From assembly GCF_028641065.1 (NCBI RefSeq), contig NC_073380.1:104408001-104472000 (forward strand): DNA of 64,000 nucleotides. Direction: 5' to 3'. The notes beneath the pieces are model-generated. The model saw only the letters and a program-made list of their open reading frames with translations. It made no database searches and was not told the origin of the DNA. Below are positions 46,943 to 59,816 of this stretch, piece by piece; position 1 is the stretch's first letter; every line of letters starts with the position of its first letter. The position numbers and the translations under genes were made by a program. The DNA is from Leucoraja erinacea. Lineage: Eukaryota.

Positions 46943-47237
46943 TTACAGCATGGAAACAGGTGATTTGGTCCACCAGGTCCGTGCCAACCAAAGATCACCC
47001 CTTACAATAGCATTATCCTTCACACTAGAGACAATTTACCAAATGTTCACCAAAACCAATTAACTTACAGATCTGTACACCTTTGGAACATGGGAGGACA
47101 TTGGAGCACCCAGAGAGAACCCACATGGTCACAGGGAGAATGTACAAACTTTGTACAGACAGCACCCGTAGTCAGGCTTAAATCTGGTTCTCTGGCACTG
47201 TAAGATGGTAACTCTACTGCTACACCACTGTACCCCC
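46943..47237 (-). mobile_element. HE1-type tRNA-derived V-SINE
   Basis: The minus strand has a tRNA-like head (GGTACAGTGGTGTAGCAGTAGAG), a central TTTGTACATTCTCCCTGTGACCATGTGGGTT block and a CR1-type tail CCTGTTTCCATGCTGTA. Confidence 0.8.
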
Positions 47238-47545
47238 CATATTGGTGTCCATTATATCTGACCATTATATCACAACCTCAGCTGGACAGCTAAGGCAATA
47301 TGTGCCAACAATTGTGCCAATTTATGTGCCAACAATATTTGTTTTTAATGTTAGTAAGTTGCTGCCTTTTTTTTAGAAAGAAAGCATAAGGTAGGACAAT
47401 CATTCCAAAGAAGTTAGTGATTCATATCTCAGCAGAAACATGCTGCTGGACATCTATACAGTTGCTATGTACGTATTAACCTCGGCCTCCATGCCCACTC
47501 TGCGATTAACGGAAATCCACCCGCCATAATTATTAGCTAGAATAG

Positions 47546-50500
47546 AATAGTAAGATTAAACGAGAACTTACCAGTTTGAAGTTTGATCTGTATTTTATGA
47601 GGAGGAACGTTGAGGGAATACATGAAAGAAACCCGCTACGACGCATGCGTGTCATCCTTCAAAGCAGCGGTGTGAGGTCACAGATACCCTATATTGACCT
47701 AAAATAGCAAGATTATCAAAGAGATACCAGCTCAAGATTTGACCCTATGAGGGTGGGAGCGGAGGGCATGTATTCCCTCAACGTTCCTCCTCATAAAATA
47801 CAGATCAAACTTCAAACTGGTAAGTTCTCGTTTAATCTTACTATTTTACTTCGGAGTCACGTGAGGGACTCCATGAAAGATTTCAAAGCTCTGTGACCTT
47901 ATGCCGTGGAAACGAGTCCATGCTTCACAACTGCCTTGGTAGTTAGAGAGAAATTGTTAATTATATTCAAAGCATTCATACCAATTATTTAATGGAAATG
48001 ATAAATAATATCGAATTAATTGAAATCATAACCCTGTATTCTTCAGGGATAAATTATCATACAGAACTTAAAATTGGTCCCCGAAAACACGTTCCATACT
48101 GCTAACTGGTTTGTTAACATTTCTGAAACGTATTCTCCAACAACCATCCTGCAATCCTGAGGATTTGGTCCATGGATACATCAAGGCGTTTTGCTGCAGA
48201 TGTAGCTGCAGCCCTGGTGGGGTGAAAATTAAATATGTTATTGTCCACTCCCGCCTATCAGACCATTTCGCGGTGGCAGAAATATGGGATACGAGTTACA
48301 CTCTATGGTACAGTATCTTAAAGCTGATTAAACGCCAATTCCTTGCCTCTGATAGCCTTTTTTCTTACTGTATAACAAAACCGTACTTTACTATACAGAG
48401 GCATTGTCCTCCGGGTAGGCCATCAATTCTATGACCTGCCCCGCTAATCCTGGTCTATTTTGTTTAATAATACGGTCCTGGATCACAAACCTCAATCTTC
48501 GTGCCGCAATAGTGAAGCCATCCAGTCTTACTTTTAGCAATAACTGGAGCTTATACACTGTGACTAGCGCTATCAGCATACCATTTCTAGTTAGTTATCC
48601 AGATTTAATGCTGTAGCCAGCGACCAATTCCTTAGCAAGATCAAAGCCACACTTACATTCCAAATATAGTTATGTTACTGTTTCTTGCCATTAATAACTT
48701 GACAATGCACTTTCGGCATTATTCACAGTGCTGAAACACAGTCCTCCATATTGCAGGCTGGTAAGCAACTGTAGCACCCCCGGAACATCCTTATTTCTGT
48801 GGTCCAGAAAGTTATCATGGCAGTAATTAGTCCATTTTAATAGGACCTAAATACTGTTATAGAGTAGACCTTCTTCGTGCTGCTGTGATCATGTCCACAG
48901 TTCTATCGATAGCCCCATGTCCCATAGCGGTGTTATAGAGTCTACAACCTACTAAATCAATATTTTCTATGACATGGATAGCTATCCTCAGTTACTGGAT
49001 GCACCAGCAACTTAGGACTACGGCTATCGTTATACATAGTTCCAGCACCATGTCCTGTACCCCGGGAAAACCATAGTTGGGTAAGCCAATCAGGTACTAA
49101 GACATCCCCAATGCCGATTCCTGTTGAATGTCCCTTCGTACCCCAAATTTATAACTAGACAAGGAGGTAATACATAAATGGAAAACCCCTCCCCTAGTGC
49201 AGTGAAAACAGCATCTGTAGCTTCTGCCTCAGGATCTGGTATCAATGATACATACCTCGGTAACTGGTGATTTAACCCCGGATGCAATTCTAATATCCGG
49301 CCTTACCTACTTTACTGATTTTAGCAAATACCATCTATCCAACATCCATTTAGTACTTCCAATAATTTTTCGTGGCCTGGTGTCTGCCACTGATTTAGTA
49401 TCCCTGGTAGATATGTAGCCCATAACCAAATATTCCTTTGGACACACCATTCCCAACTTTAATTTGCCAATTCATCACAAGCTGGTGATATCTTTCCACC
49501 CATATGACTTAAATATGCCATCACCGAGGTATTATCTATCTACCATCTAGCATGCTGCAGTTTCATTCCTGAGCAATAAGATTTTTGCCCATGAAATGCA
49601 CTTAACATTTCTAACCCTTAGTGTTATGTAGGTTAGCTTCTTATATATTCCATCTCCCCCATAGCTCGAGATGGTATCAGTTGTACCATAACCAATTGCA
49701 CTGGCGTCTGTTTGTAATAGCACAGACGGGTTGTGAATAACTATTGGGTTTGGAGCAATACTTAACATTGTGTTCCCCACATTGTAATTCTTTTATAGCT
49801 TCTATCATTTTTCCCATTGGCCAAAATAAATGACCTCTATAATATATGCACCCATTAAACTCTGTGGCTTTCCATATTAGTAAAGTCATTAACATATTAA
49901 ATGTGTTAATGGTGTCAATTTTGACTTAAGTGGATGGATAATGAATCCCAGCTGTTCAAACAATTGATTAGTGGCAACCACTGCCTAACCTGCCAATTCA
50001 TAAGTTATTCCCACAATAAGGATATCATCCAACTATACCATTACTCTATGATTTTGGTGTTGCAGCAGTCCCAACGCTGGTTTAAAATTTTTCCCCCTGT
50101 TGGATATTGAGTAGCAAGGATCTTAAAGATTAATACTTGCCATACAGTAGCCTGCTGAACACTAAGTCTTTAGCACTGCTAAAAATATCCATTTTTAAAA
50201 TGAATATATTGCACAACATTGTGAAGTATTGATAATCCATAATAATACGGCAACCCCCATCTTTCTTATTTCTAATAAAGATATTTGAGACAAATCCTGT
50301 TGTTCAGGTTTGGTTTATTCCATTACCAGCATGTATATCTGTCCGGTATATGTTGTACTGGAGGGTTTTGTTTGTGTAGAAACTCTATCAGATATCCCTT
50401 AAAACTGCTAAGGATATATCTGTCCATAGATATATTACACCACGCTTCAACATGAAGTTGCAATATCCCTCCAACTTCCGTGCTCCCTATTAATGCTGGA

Positions 50501-52488
50501 GCCCCAAATTCACCTACCTCCATGGTATTGGTGGTAACCAAGTTATTTTTCTTGGTTTCATATGCGGTTGTGGAGAGCCTAATGGTTAATGTTACTTATG
50601 CATCTTCCACAGTGGTCGTCCCGGCCCAAACCCTAAACAGGACGCTGCTGCTGGGTACCTCTGCCCAATTCTTTGTAGTATAATACAAAAACACTACCTC
50701 TCTTAGGATGCACATGAGGTTAATGTCTTCCCCAGATAACCTTTGGATGCTTTAATCAGCCCCAAAGTGAAGCCTCCTCGCCAATTCTTTACCTGTTTAG
50801 ACAGGTCTCCCCCCCCCCCCCCAAATAACGGGGTGTATAGCCCTTTGCTTACATAGTATAGCGAACTAGGGTCTAGAGCTGGCTTAATGGCCCTTCAAAC
50901 TGCACATTCCAAAAAAATAGTGCTAATGGCATCCTTGTGGTCACTAATATTGTACACCTTATTTAACATGCGGGCCAAAGCTGTTATGCCCGCCATGAGA
51001 CCTTTCAGAGTATTACGGATTTTCCCAACTCCTAACGGCCTTCCCAACATGTCTGCAAATGCACCTGTAACAATGGCTACATTAAGAGCACCACAATATT
51101 CCGGGGTATAGAAGCCTTGCCAACACTTCAGCAAAAATATTAGCTTGAAGTTGATGGGTGGACACACAGTCCTTCAATACTCACAGCCATCCTCTCGCAA
51201 TCATTCTCCGTGAGTTCTGCTGGCAGTACTGCTCATCATGTTCGGCAGGTTGTTTTCCCCCCCTTCAATAGGGGACAGTGGCTCCATCACCTGCTCAGGC
51301 TTTACCCCGTCAGACCTTCCATACCCTCCTAAGAGGCGTCCGACATTTCATGCAGCCCATATGGGAAACTGCTGTGGGACTTATATTATTATTTGCCCAC
51401 TGTGGCTACCTCCAATCCCGGAGCCTGCCAATATGGAGAATTTTACTCCAGCAAACCGCTCCAGCCGACTTACATGCTCTCGGGCACTCGTCGTCGCGGG
51501 TGCTTAATATATGGGACCGCTCCTGCCGACCTTGGTGCTCTCGGGCACTAGTCGCACGCGGTATATCCCACAGCCCGTCCCCATGCCTACGGGCACTGGA
51601 CCGTTCCCCATGGTCCTGGTCCTCACGGGCACCTCTACCCATTTAGGGTGAAGTTTGGCACTCGCTCCCATCTGGGAGATGCTGGTGCCGACATTTATAG
51701 CTGGCTGCTGCTGGTCATTAAACAACAGCCCTTCAGCTCTATACTGACATCAGTCGGTGGCTCCCTGCTGTTCAGCATCCCACCAGTAACCACCTGTGGC
51801 TGTGGCCTGCCTTCCTTAGGTGGCTCCCTGCTGTTCAGCAACACACCAGTCTCTTCAGAATACAGCAAGCACTCTGGAAAAAGCACCAAAAAAGGTAAGG
51901 GAAATTTGTTCTTACCTGTACTGGTTTTCAGCCTGCCGTTTTCGGAGGAACGTCCTTCCTCCCGCAGCCCCACGGACCCCGTAGCACAGGTCCATGGGCT
52001 GCTGTTCCCGATGTCTGCTCTCTCTCTCTTCCGGGTGGTGCAGCTGCTTTAATCAGCTGCGGAGCGCCGAACGACTGCGTCTAAAAATAGACCCGACTTG
52101 GTCTAGAAACTCCCCGGGCCGTGTAGCTTAGTTTCCCGCCCGGCAGCAGTGTCTTGCCGGTGCGGGGAGCAACGTCGGGCACAGCTGTTCTGTGCTAAAA
52201 ATAGCCGTTAGGGAAACCTCTCCGGAGGGTTCCCCGCTAACGGCTGCTGCTGGCTGGTTCTGGCTGCAACATTTCTACAGTCTCCCTCCAGCTCCTGCAG
52301 CTTCTTGTATTTCCTACCTGCAAGGTAAGTGGAAAAATTTTGCAGTCTCTTACCTGCTTCTTTGCCTTTCTCTCTAGGGAGACGTCGTCTCCCACTTCTG
52401 ACTCCTTCAATGCGTGTATGCGATATGACACGCATGCGTCGTAGCGGGTTTCTTTCATGGAGTCCCTCACGTGACTCCGAAGTAAAAT
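47546..52488 (-). mobile_element. DIRS1-like tyrosine-recombinase retrotransposon; termini complete, ORFs decayed
   Basis: 35-bp ITR core (47621-47655 / 52425-52459) and an ICR at 47767-47880 complementary to both ends. Minus-strand remnants: RT (VMV*LDDILI, about 50030), RNase H (LQTDAS, about 49710), methyltransferase-like (NHQLPRYVS..PDPEAEATDA..Y.LPP, about 49200) and YR (TRAAATSAAK..AGW, about 48190). Confidence 0.95.
47767..47880. repeat. DIRS internal complementary region (ICR)
   Basis: 47767-47845 is the exact reverse complement of 47546-47624. 47843-47880 is the exact reverse complement of 52451-52488. Confidence 0.95.
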
Positions 52489-52994
52489 TACAAATAGAGA
52501 TGGTCATTAATTAATTCACTGCAAACTGCCTCAGGTAAGAATAAATCAAAAGTAATCACATCACCATCATTAGTTTTATAGGGTGAATAGCATCATGCAT
52601 TGAGGGAACAAAATTAATTGGTATTAACTACAAAGAAGAAAAACATGCTTCTAAAGAGCACTTTTGAAAATTTGGATGCACAACATTGTGTTTCTTTAAA
52701 CTATGATTTATTTTTAACGTCGACACTCTTATGATGTAGGAAATGCAGCAATATATACCACAGTCAGGTACCTCAAATGGCATTGTAATAATAATCAGAT
52801 ATTTCATTTTAGTTGGTAGAATGATGAATATTAATGAGAACACTAGGATAACTCTTCTTCTTTTCTCTGAATTAATGTCCTGTTGTCTTTTGACAAGGGA
52901 GGATTTTTCCCTTGCTGTGCAAGACTATTATCATTGGAAAATCATCTATCATATACATACTGCAGGCCACTATTAATGAGAGACCAGATGAGAC

Positions 52995-53535
52995 TAGTAG
53001 CAGCTGTATAAGGTCAGAAGCTGGGTATTTTATAACAAGTGACTCGCCTGCTAACTCAGAACTTTTCTAAACTTAATAAGGCACAAGTGAAGTGTGTGAT
53101 AGAATGCTCTTGACTTGCTTGGATGATTGCTCTTCCATTAATATCAGGAAGATTGGCACCATTCAGGATGCAGCAGATTGCTTGATGGACAGACTTTCCA
53201 TCACCTAAGGTGGTTACTCCCACCACTACCAAGTTACCATGGCTGCAATGTGTACTATCAATAAGCGACTATCCAAAGCTTTTTCAACACCATTTCACAC
53301 CTCCACACACAAGGCACATGGGAATGCTACCATGTGTATATTTCCCTCCTGACATTTAACTGGCCGTTCAAGACTGTGCCAAAATCTTGGAACTACCCAT
53401 GGAAGCATTGCGAATATTTTTTGCATATGGACACAGCAATTCCAGAAGATTCTCAGCAGTAAAATGAGAGACGGGCAATACATGTACTGTCCTTGTCAGC
53501 AATGTCCACATCCCATGAATGACTAAAATAAATTC
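52995..53535 (+). mobile_element. old CR1/L2-type LINE 3' fragment
   Basis: AAGGCACAAGTGAAG.GTGTGAT.GAAT..., ending GGGCAATA.ATG...CCACATCCCATGAATGA. Confidence 0.65.
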
Positions 53536-54419
53536 ACACTTAAAGGAAAGGGTGTTTGCTACGAGCTGCTATATTTCTCATGCTGCACCATTCCTTCGTT
53601 GGGGTGCTATGTTCGATTTTTGTGTTTAAATCTCTGGCAATCTTGAACACAGAAATCTTCAGAGTGAAAGGTGTTATCCACTAAACCATGTATGACAGAA
53701 TGATCTGAGCTCAGTAAACTGCCACATAAAATTAATTGTGACCTTTGTTCAAGAAGGTAAATAGACTGAAGAAATGTCAATGCTCTCCTTTAACTTCAGG
53801 TTTCTAGTATCAGTCACAGGCAATGTGGCCACTTTATATTTGATTTATGTTATTACAAGTAGTTGCACTTTTTCTCATGTTTTCATACCATGAATTGGAT
53901 ATAACACAAATGATGAATTAGGGAACACTATTTGTATTATGCAGGCTGAATTGGAGATAAGGCAAAGTTTGAGCAGACACTTGAGAACCAATTACTTTGG
54001 ACAATGCCAAGTCGAAAAAAAACTGCTTTGATAAAACAGTCTAATGTGTTTCCTCGTAATTTCCGCGCAGTAATCAAACACCATGTCACAAGAATACAAT
54101 CTGTCAGTTTTATCATGGTGGGGGGGGGGAGACGGCATAAAAATTTGCAGGCAATCACCTGACATGGTTCAATGACACTCAATTGAACGGTGTAACAAAG
54201 AGCTTTTTGTATTTTTAGCTTTTATAGTAACAAAAATAAACTTGTAGCTATTAAAAATAAATAGTTTTGAGAATCCTGTGAGAGAAACATTTTAATTGCG
54301 AGTTTGAAATTCTCAACCCGCAACCTCCTTTTCCCCATTGTCGCAACTGTTTTCATCCCAAGGTTTTCCATAACATGAGGAATCCTAGAAATGCAACTGT
54401 TACATTGGGGCTGACTCAC

Positions 54420-54760
54420 TAAGTAACTGCCTTAGATACAAGGTGGAACATTTGCAATTCTACAGTTTTCGGGCATCACTACAAATCTACCTATGTTCTG
54501 AAGATCCAGAGTATCTGAAATCCTCACCTCTTCACAATCTAGGATGTATCTTAACAGAGCCAAATGATTCATCCACTTAATGTACAGATAAACTTTCTAG
54601 TACCTCCCCCTTTTCAATTTTTAGCTTGTAATATCTCAACCACATCTTTTGTTGAGACTGCAGTGGCATATTCTTTCTTGCTAACAACCAATGTGAAATA
54701 TCCATTGTGTATCTCAGCCCTCTGCCTCTGTGTGTGGATTTCTTTCTGGTCTCCAGGCAA
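54420..54760 (-). mobile_element. degraded CR1 ORF2 fragment
   Basis: Minus remnants resemble YFTLV.SKKE, EVLE.L..KVD.S.G...IHPR and W.IANV.PL. Confidence 0.55.
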
Positions 54761-54854
54761 CCTAATTTTTCTTACAGCCCTCTTTCTGTTCACATCCATA
54801 TGCACATCCAGCCACTGGTCCGTTAGTCGGGATGTGGTCACAGTGGTGACTACT

Positions 54855-55190
54855 TGTAGTGTAACTTTACTAACAGACTTGTTGGACTGTTACTTGGAGT
54901 GTTATTTATTAGCTCTACATGGTGTCATAGTTTCCAAACAATTTTGGCTCAATCATTTAAGAAGCCTGACCCCCTAGTTTTCGATGCTGACCTGAGTGAG
55001 CCTTAGCGGATTTTTGATAGGGATTTCAATGTCTACATTCAAGCTGCTCATCGCGGAGCGCCACAAGAGCAGATAGCTACTGTACTTCTCAACGTTGCGG
55101 GATCTGAAGCTATCCAACAAGCCGAGCGGTTCCACTATGCACCGACTGTGATGGATGACGACAATGTGGTGATCACTGCTGAAGAGACTA
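54855..55190 (+). mobile_element. Gypsy LTR end, PBS-like site and Gag N-terminal remnant
   Basis: CTACA|TGGTGTCA at about 54915-54927, then PLVFDADLSEP*RIFDRDFNVYIQAAHRGAPQEQIATVLLNVAGSEAIQQAERFHYAP. Confidence 0.65.
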
Positions 55191-56457
55191 TAGGGCCTGT
55201 GTCATATCAATGTCGCCAGTAGATTTTGAACAGATTGGCGACTTCCGGCCACTTATAGCATGAGGGGAACTTTAGCCTCTTCTGGGTATTTTCCACCTTC
55301 GTTTGCGAGGATTCCCTTGTATCCATATGCATTTATTCCAGTACGTTCCACAGACATTCTTTTAGAATTTTGAAGTTGGTTACACTGACCACTGGTACTC
55401 TCTTTCATAGAGAGAGGATTTTTGGACAGCCATGACCATGGGCTGCAACCAGAGTTTCCCGAAGAGACCTTCGAATATAAAGCTCTTTTTGCTGGAGCAT
55501 AACCTGCTGGAGCTGTGCTCAGCAGCCTTTCTTGGCTTTATGCCTTGGGGCATGCTTTCCAATACCACCAACCTCAGAGTCAACCTCTGCCTCAGGATAT
55601 AAAGCTCCTTTTGCTGGAGCATGTCATGCTGGAACTGTGCTCAGCAGCCTTTCTTGGCTTTATGCCTTGGAGTATGCTTTCCAATACCACCAACCTCAGA
55701 GTCAGAACAAAACTGCCCTGGTAGGCTCAACCTCCTTCATGAGGGAGACATTACGCAGCCCGTCTACAGGTATTGCTGCCGTGGTCCCTCAAGAGGACCA
55801 GTGGATATAAAGCTCCTGTTCCTACAGTCTATACAGCCCTTACCTGAAGCTGCTGCTACGGCCCATGGGGTGACCTCTTGGGTATGAAGCTCCTCCTGGG
55901 GCCTGTCGTGATGGAGCATCCTTCCTATCAGGTGCTCCATCTTACCAGACGTCCACAGACGTCGTTTTTATTGGGAGGTGTATCCTCCTAGCCCGATTCA
56001 CGGGCTTGCTTTTGAGTGGTTTCCCCCCCCCCCCCCCCCACAGGATTATCCACGGTGCAGTCAGCACCCTGATGCCGCAAGGACTTACCCCTCCACGGGA
56101 ACCTCCGCGGTCTGGAAGCCGCTGACTGCCTTGTCAGCGGCGGGATTAACGCACCCAACGTCCGCCGGCTACCGTGTTTGCGGTCTGGACCGGGTCTTCC
56201 CACAGCCCAATGCCGGTTTCCCCGTGGCTCGACCGGACTGCGCTACTATATCCAGCAGGAAACCGCTGTAAGAAGAGGTTCCTGCAGGAAAAACACAACC
56301 TAGTACGTATTGAAACTTACCTGCAGGTTTAACTTACCGCTGGCAGGAATGAGTTGCCTGCCAGTCCAGTGTTTTGCCAGTGCAGATGACGTAATGATAC
56401 GCATGCGGACTGGTGGGGCTTCTTCACGGAATCACTCACGTGACTCCGAAGTAAAAT
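55190..56457 (-). mobile_element. second DIRS-related element, 5' terminal part
   Basis: Ends in CTCACGTGACTCCGAAGTAAAAT (to 56457), the same terminus as 52466-52488, preceded by CGCATGCG. The interior differs from the first copy and the left boundary is uncertain. Confidence 0.7.
55476..55704. repeat. about 120-bp tandem duplication
   Basis: ATATAAAGCTC.TTTTGCTGGAGCAT...CCAATACCACCAACCTCAGAGTCA occurs twice, with a partial third start near 55805. Confidence 0.9.
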
Positions 56458-56789
56458 GTAGGTCTGTTCTACCAAACACTAACACACATACGTTATACAC
56501 CACTCGGATCTATAATCCAGACCGGGTTTTACCTTACCCGAGGAGCATACAGGCACAACAATATGCTTGTAGTTCCAATAACCAGGCAAACATGTCCAGA
56601 CATTATGGATTTGGTAAATGCCATATTATTTTACATAAAACACATTCATTCCATACCTTCAAACATTAATTCTTTACATATTTCTTACTACTCCCTTCAT
56701 AATGAATTCTAGCATTTTCTTACCAACAGATGCCGTTCCCTATTTTCCTTCTCCATCTTTTCCTGTCTGAAACCATTGGATTTGCAATC

Positions 56790-57182
56790 CAAGATAGACA
56801 CAAAATGCTGGCGTAACTCAGCGGGATAAGCCGCAGCTCTGGAGAGAAGGAATAGGTGACATTTTGGGTTGAGACCCTTCTTGAGACCAAATTTTGTGTC
56901 TATCTTCGATTTAATCCAATATCTGCAGTTCTTTCCTACACTTGGATTTGCAATGTTCCATCCTAATAAAACACTGCCAGAAGGGAAGGAATCTGTGAAG
57001 GTTACAGATGAAGCATCTGTGCATTTACCCATGGGCCTCTAGAATAAAGGTCAATTGCTTTTTTGGCCTTTCAACCATATCAGTCAACAGTAGTTAGACA
57101 CGAAATGCTGGAGTAACGCAATGGGACAGGCAGCATCTCTGGAGGGAAGAAATGGGTGATGGTTTGGGTCCAGACCCTTCTT
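56790..57182. mobile_element. Penelope pLTR fragments (inverted pair plus a third copy)
   Basis: AGATAGACACAAAAT at about 56792 and its reverse complement ATTTTGTGTCTATCT at about 56890. Another minus copy lies at 57095-57182. Confidence 0.8.
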
Positions 57183-57649
57183 TTTGTTAATATAAATAGT
57201 TTTATCTTAATCTTATTTCTAATCTTTTACTCTTACGATTTCTCTGCAATTAAGAAGAAGAGAAAGATATAGAAACAGGAAGGTTTACAGTGGGATCTCC
57301 AGGGCTTTGGGTCTTGGGCTCTGACAATTCTACCTCCAGGCTGACTGAGCCAAAGGATGGTGTATTCATCCCTTCCATATTCAAGTCGTATATCAGTCAG
57401 AAGTAGTTGTAACCTGAAATTACACAGACAGCTAAACACAATATAAGCTCCCAAATCATTCCTTTGGAAGTTCAACAAATACAATGACATGCTGAACGAC
57501 AAGGAGATATTGGTGCGGATGACAAAATACTTCACCAAAAAGATGGACGTCAAAGAACATCTTAAAGCAAAGTGAAGCTATACTACAACAGGGGGGTGAA
57601 AATGAGCCAAAGGGTGATGTATTCATCCCTTCCATATTCAGGTCATATA

Positions 57650-57877
57650 NNNNNNNNNNNNNNNNNNNNNNNNNNNNNNNNNNNNNNNNNNNNNNNNNNN
57701 NNNNNNNNNNNNNNNNNNNNNNNNNNNNNNNNNNNNNNNNNNNNNNNNNNNNNNNNNNNNNNNNNNNNNNNNNNNNNNNNNNNNNNNNNNNNNNNNNNNN
57801 NNNNNNNNNNNNNNNNNNNNNNNNNNNNNNNNNNNNNNNNNNNNNNNNNNNNNNNNNNNNNNNNNNNNNNNNNNNNN
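57650..57877. other. assembly gap (228 N)
   Basis: Run of N. Confidence 1.
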
Positions 57878-58284
57878 CAACATTGGACAAACTGCTTGTC
57901 TGCTATTTTTGTTGCTGTTTTCATCCTTGGAGTTTTCATCCGACGAGCAATAGAAGACCTCATCGGATCTTCCAAAACCTTACCTGTTGTTAAGTTGTAA
58001 AGAATAAGCTAGATATGTCTCCGCCGACTTAATCCTCATAAACAATCAACCTGTTAGTCATAGAGATGCATGGCACAGAATGAGGCCTTTCAGCCCATCA
58101 CATTCATGTTGACCATTTGGTACATGTACACTAATCCCATTCGCAGCATTTGGCCCATAATCTGTCCTTGCGTATTCAAGTGCCAGTCTAATTATCTCTT
58201 AAATGGAGTGGATGAATCTGTTTCTATCACCTCTCCCGCAGTGCATTCTAGATATTAATGCCTTTCAATATGAAAGACATTCAA

Positions 58285-58748
58285 GAGTGATGAGCATTTC
58301 ATGGCACTAGGCCTGCACATTAACAGGAATTTAGAATGATGAGGGGAGAACATCATTGAAACTTACCAACTATTGAAAGGCTTGGAAAGAGTGGATGTGG
58401 AGAGGATGTTTCCACTAGTGGGAGAGTCCAGAACCAGAGGTCATAGCCTCAGATTAAAGGATGTTCCTTTAAGAAGGGGATGAGGAAGAATTTATTTTGT
58501 CAGAGGGTGATGTATTTGAGGAATTATTTGCCACAGAAGGCTGTGGAGGTCAGGTCAATTGATATTTTTAAGGCTGATAGATTTTTGATTAGTATGGGTG
58601 TCAAGGATTATGGAAAGAAGGCAGGAGAATGGTGCAGGAGAAAGGAGGGGGAGATACTGTAGATCAGCCATGATTGATTGGCGGAATAGAATTGATGGGC
58701 CAAAAGGCCAAATCTGCTCCTATCACATGACCTTATAACTTATGACTT
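58285..58748 (+). mobile_element. CR1-type LINE 3' fragment
   Basis: MRKNLFCQRVMYLRNYLPQKAVEV..IFKA, with a TTATGAC-type tail. Confidence 0.88.
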
Positions 58749-59324
58749 TCCCCTAATTTCCTCTTTAAAACACCTTCCTCTCATTCTAATTCTTGTTTCA
58801 GATATCTCTCTCTAAATATAGTTCTTTCATTTCTTTCAGTCTTTTTATCGTTCATTTTTACAGTCATGTTTGTAAAATGCTGTTGTGTAGATTGCAACCT
58901 GCCTCCAGTTTACTTATTGTGAATAAATCCTTTTAATTAGGGAAGTCTATTTCTGATTGTTCTTCAGCGCCTGTTTACATTCTCTCAATTAGTTTATATC
59001 AGGAATATATTAGCTTTAAACCCATGCAAGAGTCAAAGCAGCCCATATGGTATTAGCGTTATTAATGAATATGTTCAAAACTTCATCTAGGATTTAATGA
59101 TGCTTCTTCACTTGCTTTTCAAAAAATAATATGATCAGGACACGGAGGGTTTGAAATATAAAGCGTGCAGAGGGATGAAAGAAACCAATATAAATCCAAC
59201 ACATTGTAGAATAATAAAGATGGGAATGTATTCAATAATGCTGGGCTTTTGTTACTCATTTACATCGGACACAAACAAAGGCTGATTCAGTGTGCATTGT
59301 AACAGTGACATTGATGAGGCAGGG

Positions 59325-59517
59325 GATGCTGGCTTACAAAAACAAAGTGCTGGAGTACCACAGCAAGTTAAATAGCTTCCCTGGAGAACATGGATAGGTG
59401 ATGTTTCAAGTGAGATCTTTCAGATGTCTGAAGAAGGATCTCGACCTGAAATGCCATCTTTCCATTTTCTCCAGAGAAGCTGACTGACCTTTAAGTTACT
59501 CCAGCACTTTGTATCTT
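59325..59517. mobile_element. inverted pair of Penelope pLTR fragments
   Basis: AAAGTGCTGGAGTA at about 59345 and TACTCCAGCACTTTG at about 59497. The plus copy carries CTGAAGAAGGATCTCGACCTGAAATGCC. Confidence 0.75.
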
Positions 59518-59816
59518 TTTTCAAGTGACATTAAATTTGTCTCCACCATAGATTCCTACACTATTGTTGATGATACAAAGAAAGGTGGAGAGGCGGGTAG
59601 TGCAGAGAATGCAAGGACTTGTCTTACCTCAGTCGCTCCATCATCTCACCTGTCTGATCAGGTACAAAAGTTTGAAAACACATACCTCTGGATATTGCGG
59701 TTTTCACGCAATTGTACGGTCCTGTCACCAACTTGAGTGCGGTCCCGACTTCCCATCTACCTCATTGGAGACCTTCGAACTATCTTAATTTGGACTTTGT
59801 TAGACTTCATCTTGTA

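Noticed and set aside
47170-47237. tRNA gene
   Set aside because: It is the degenerate tRNA-derived head of a SINE, with no complete cloverleaf.
57456-58000. ORFs spanning the N run
   Set aside because: Their length comes from unknown bases.
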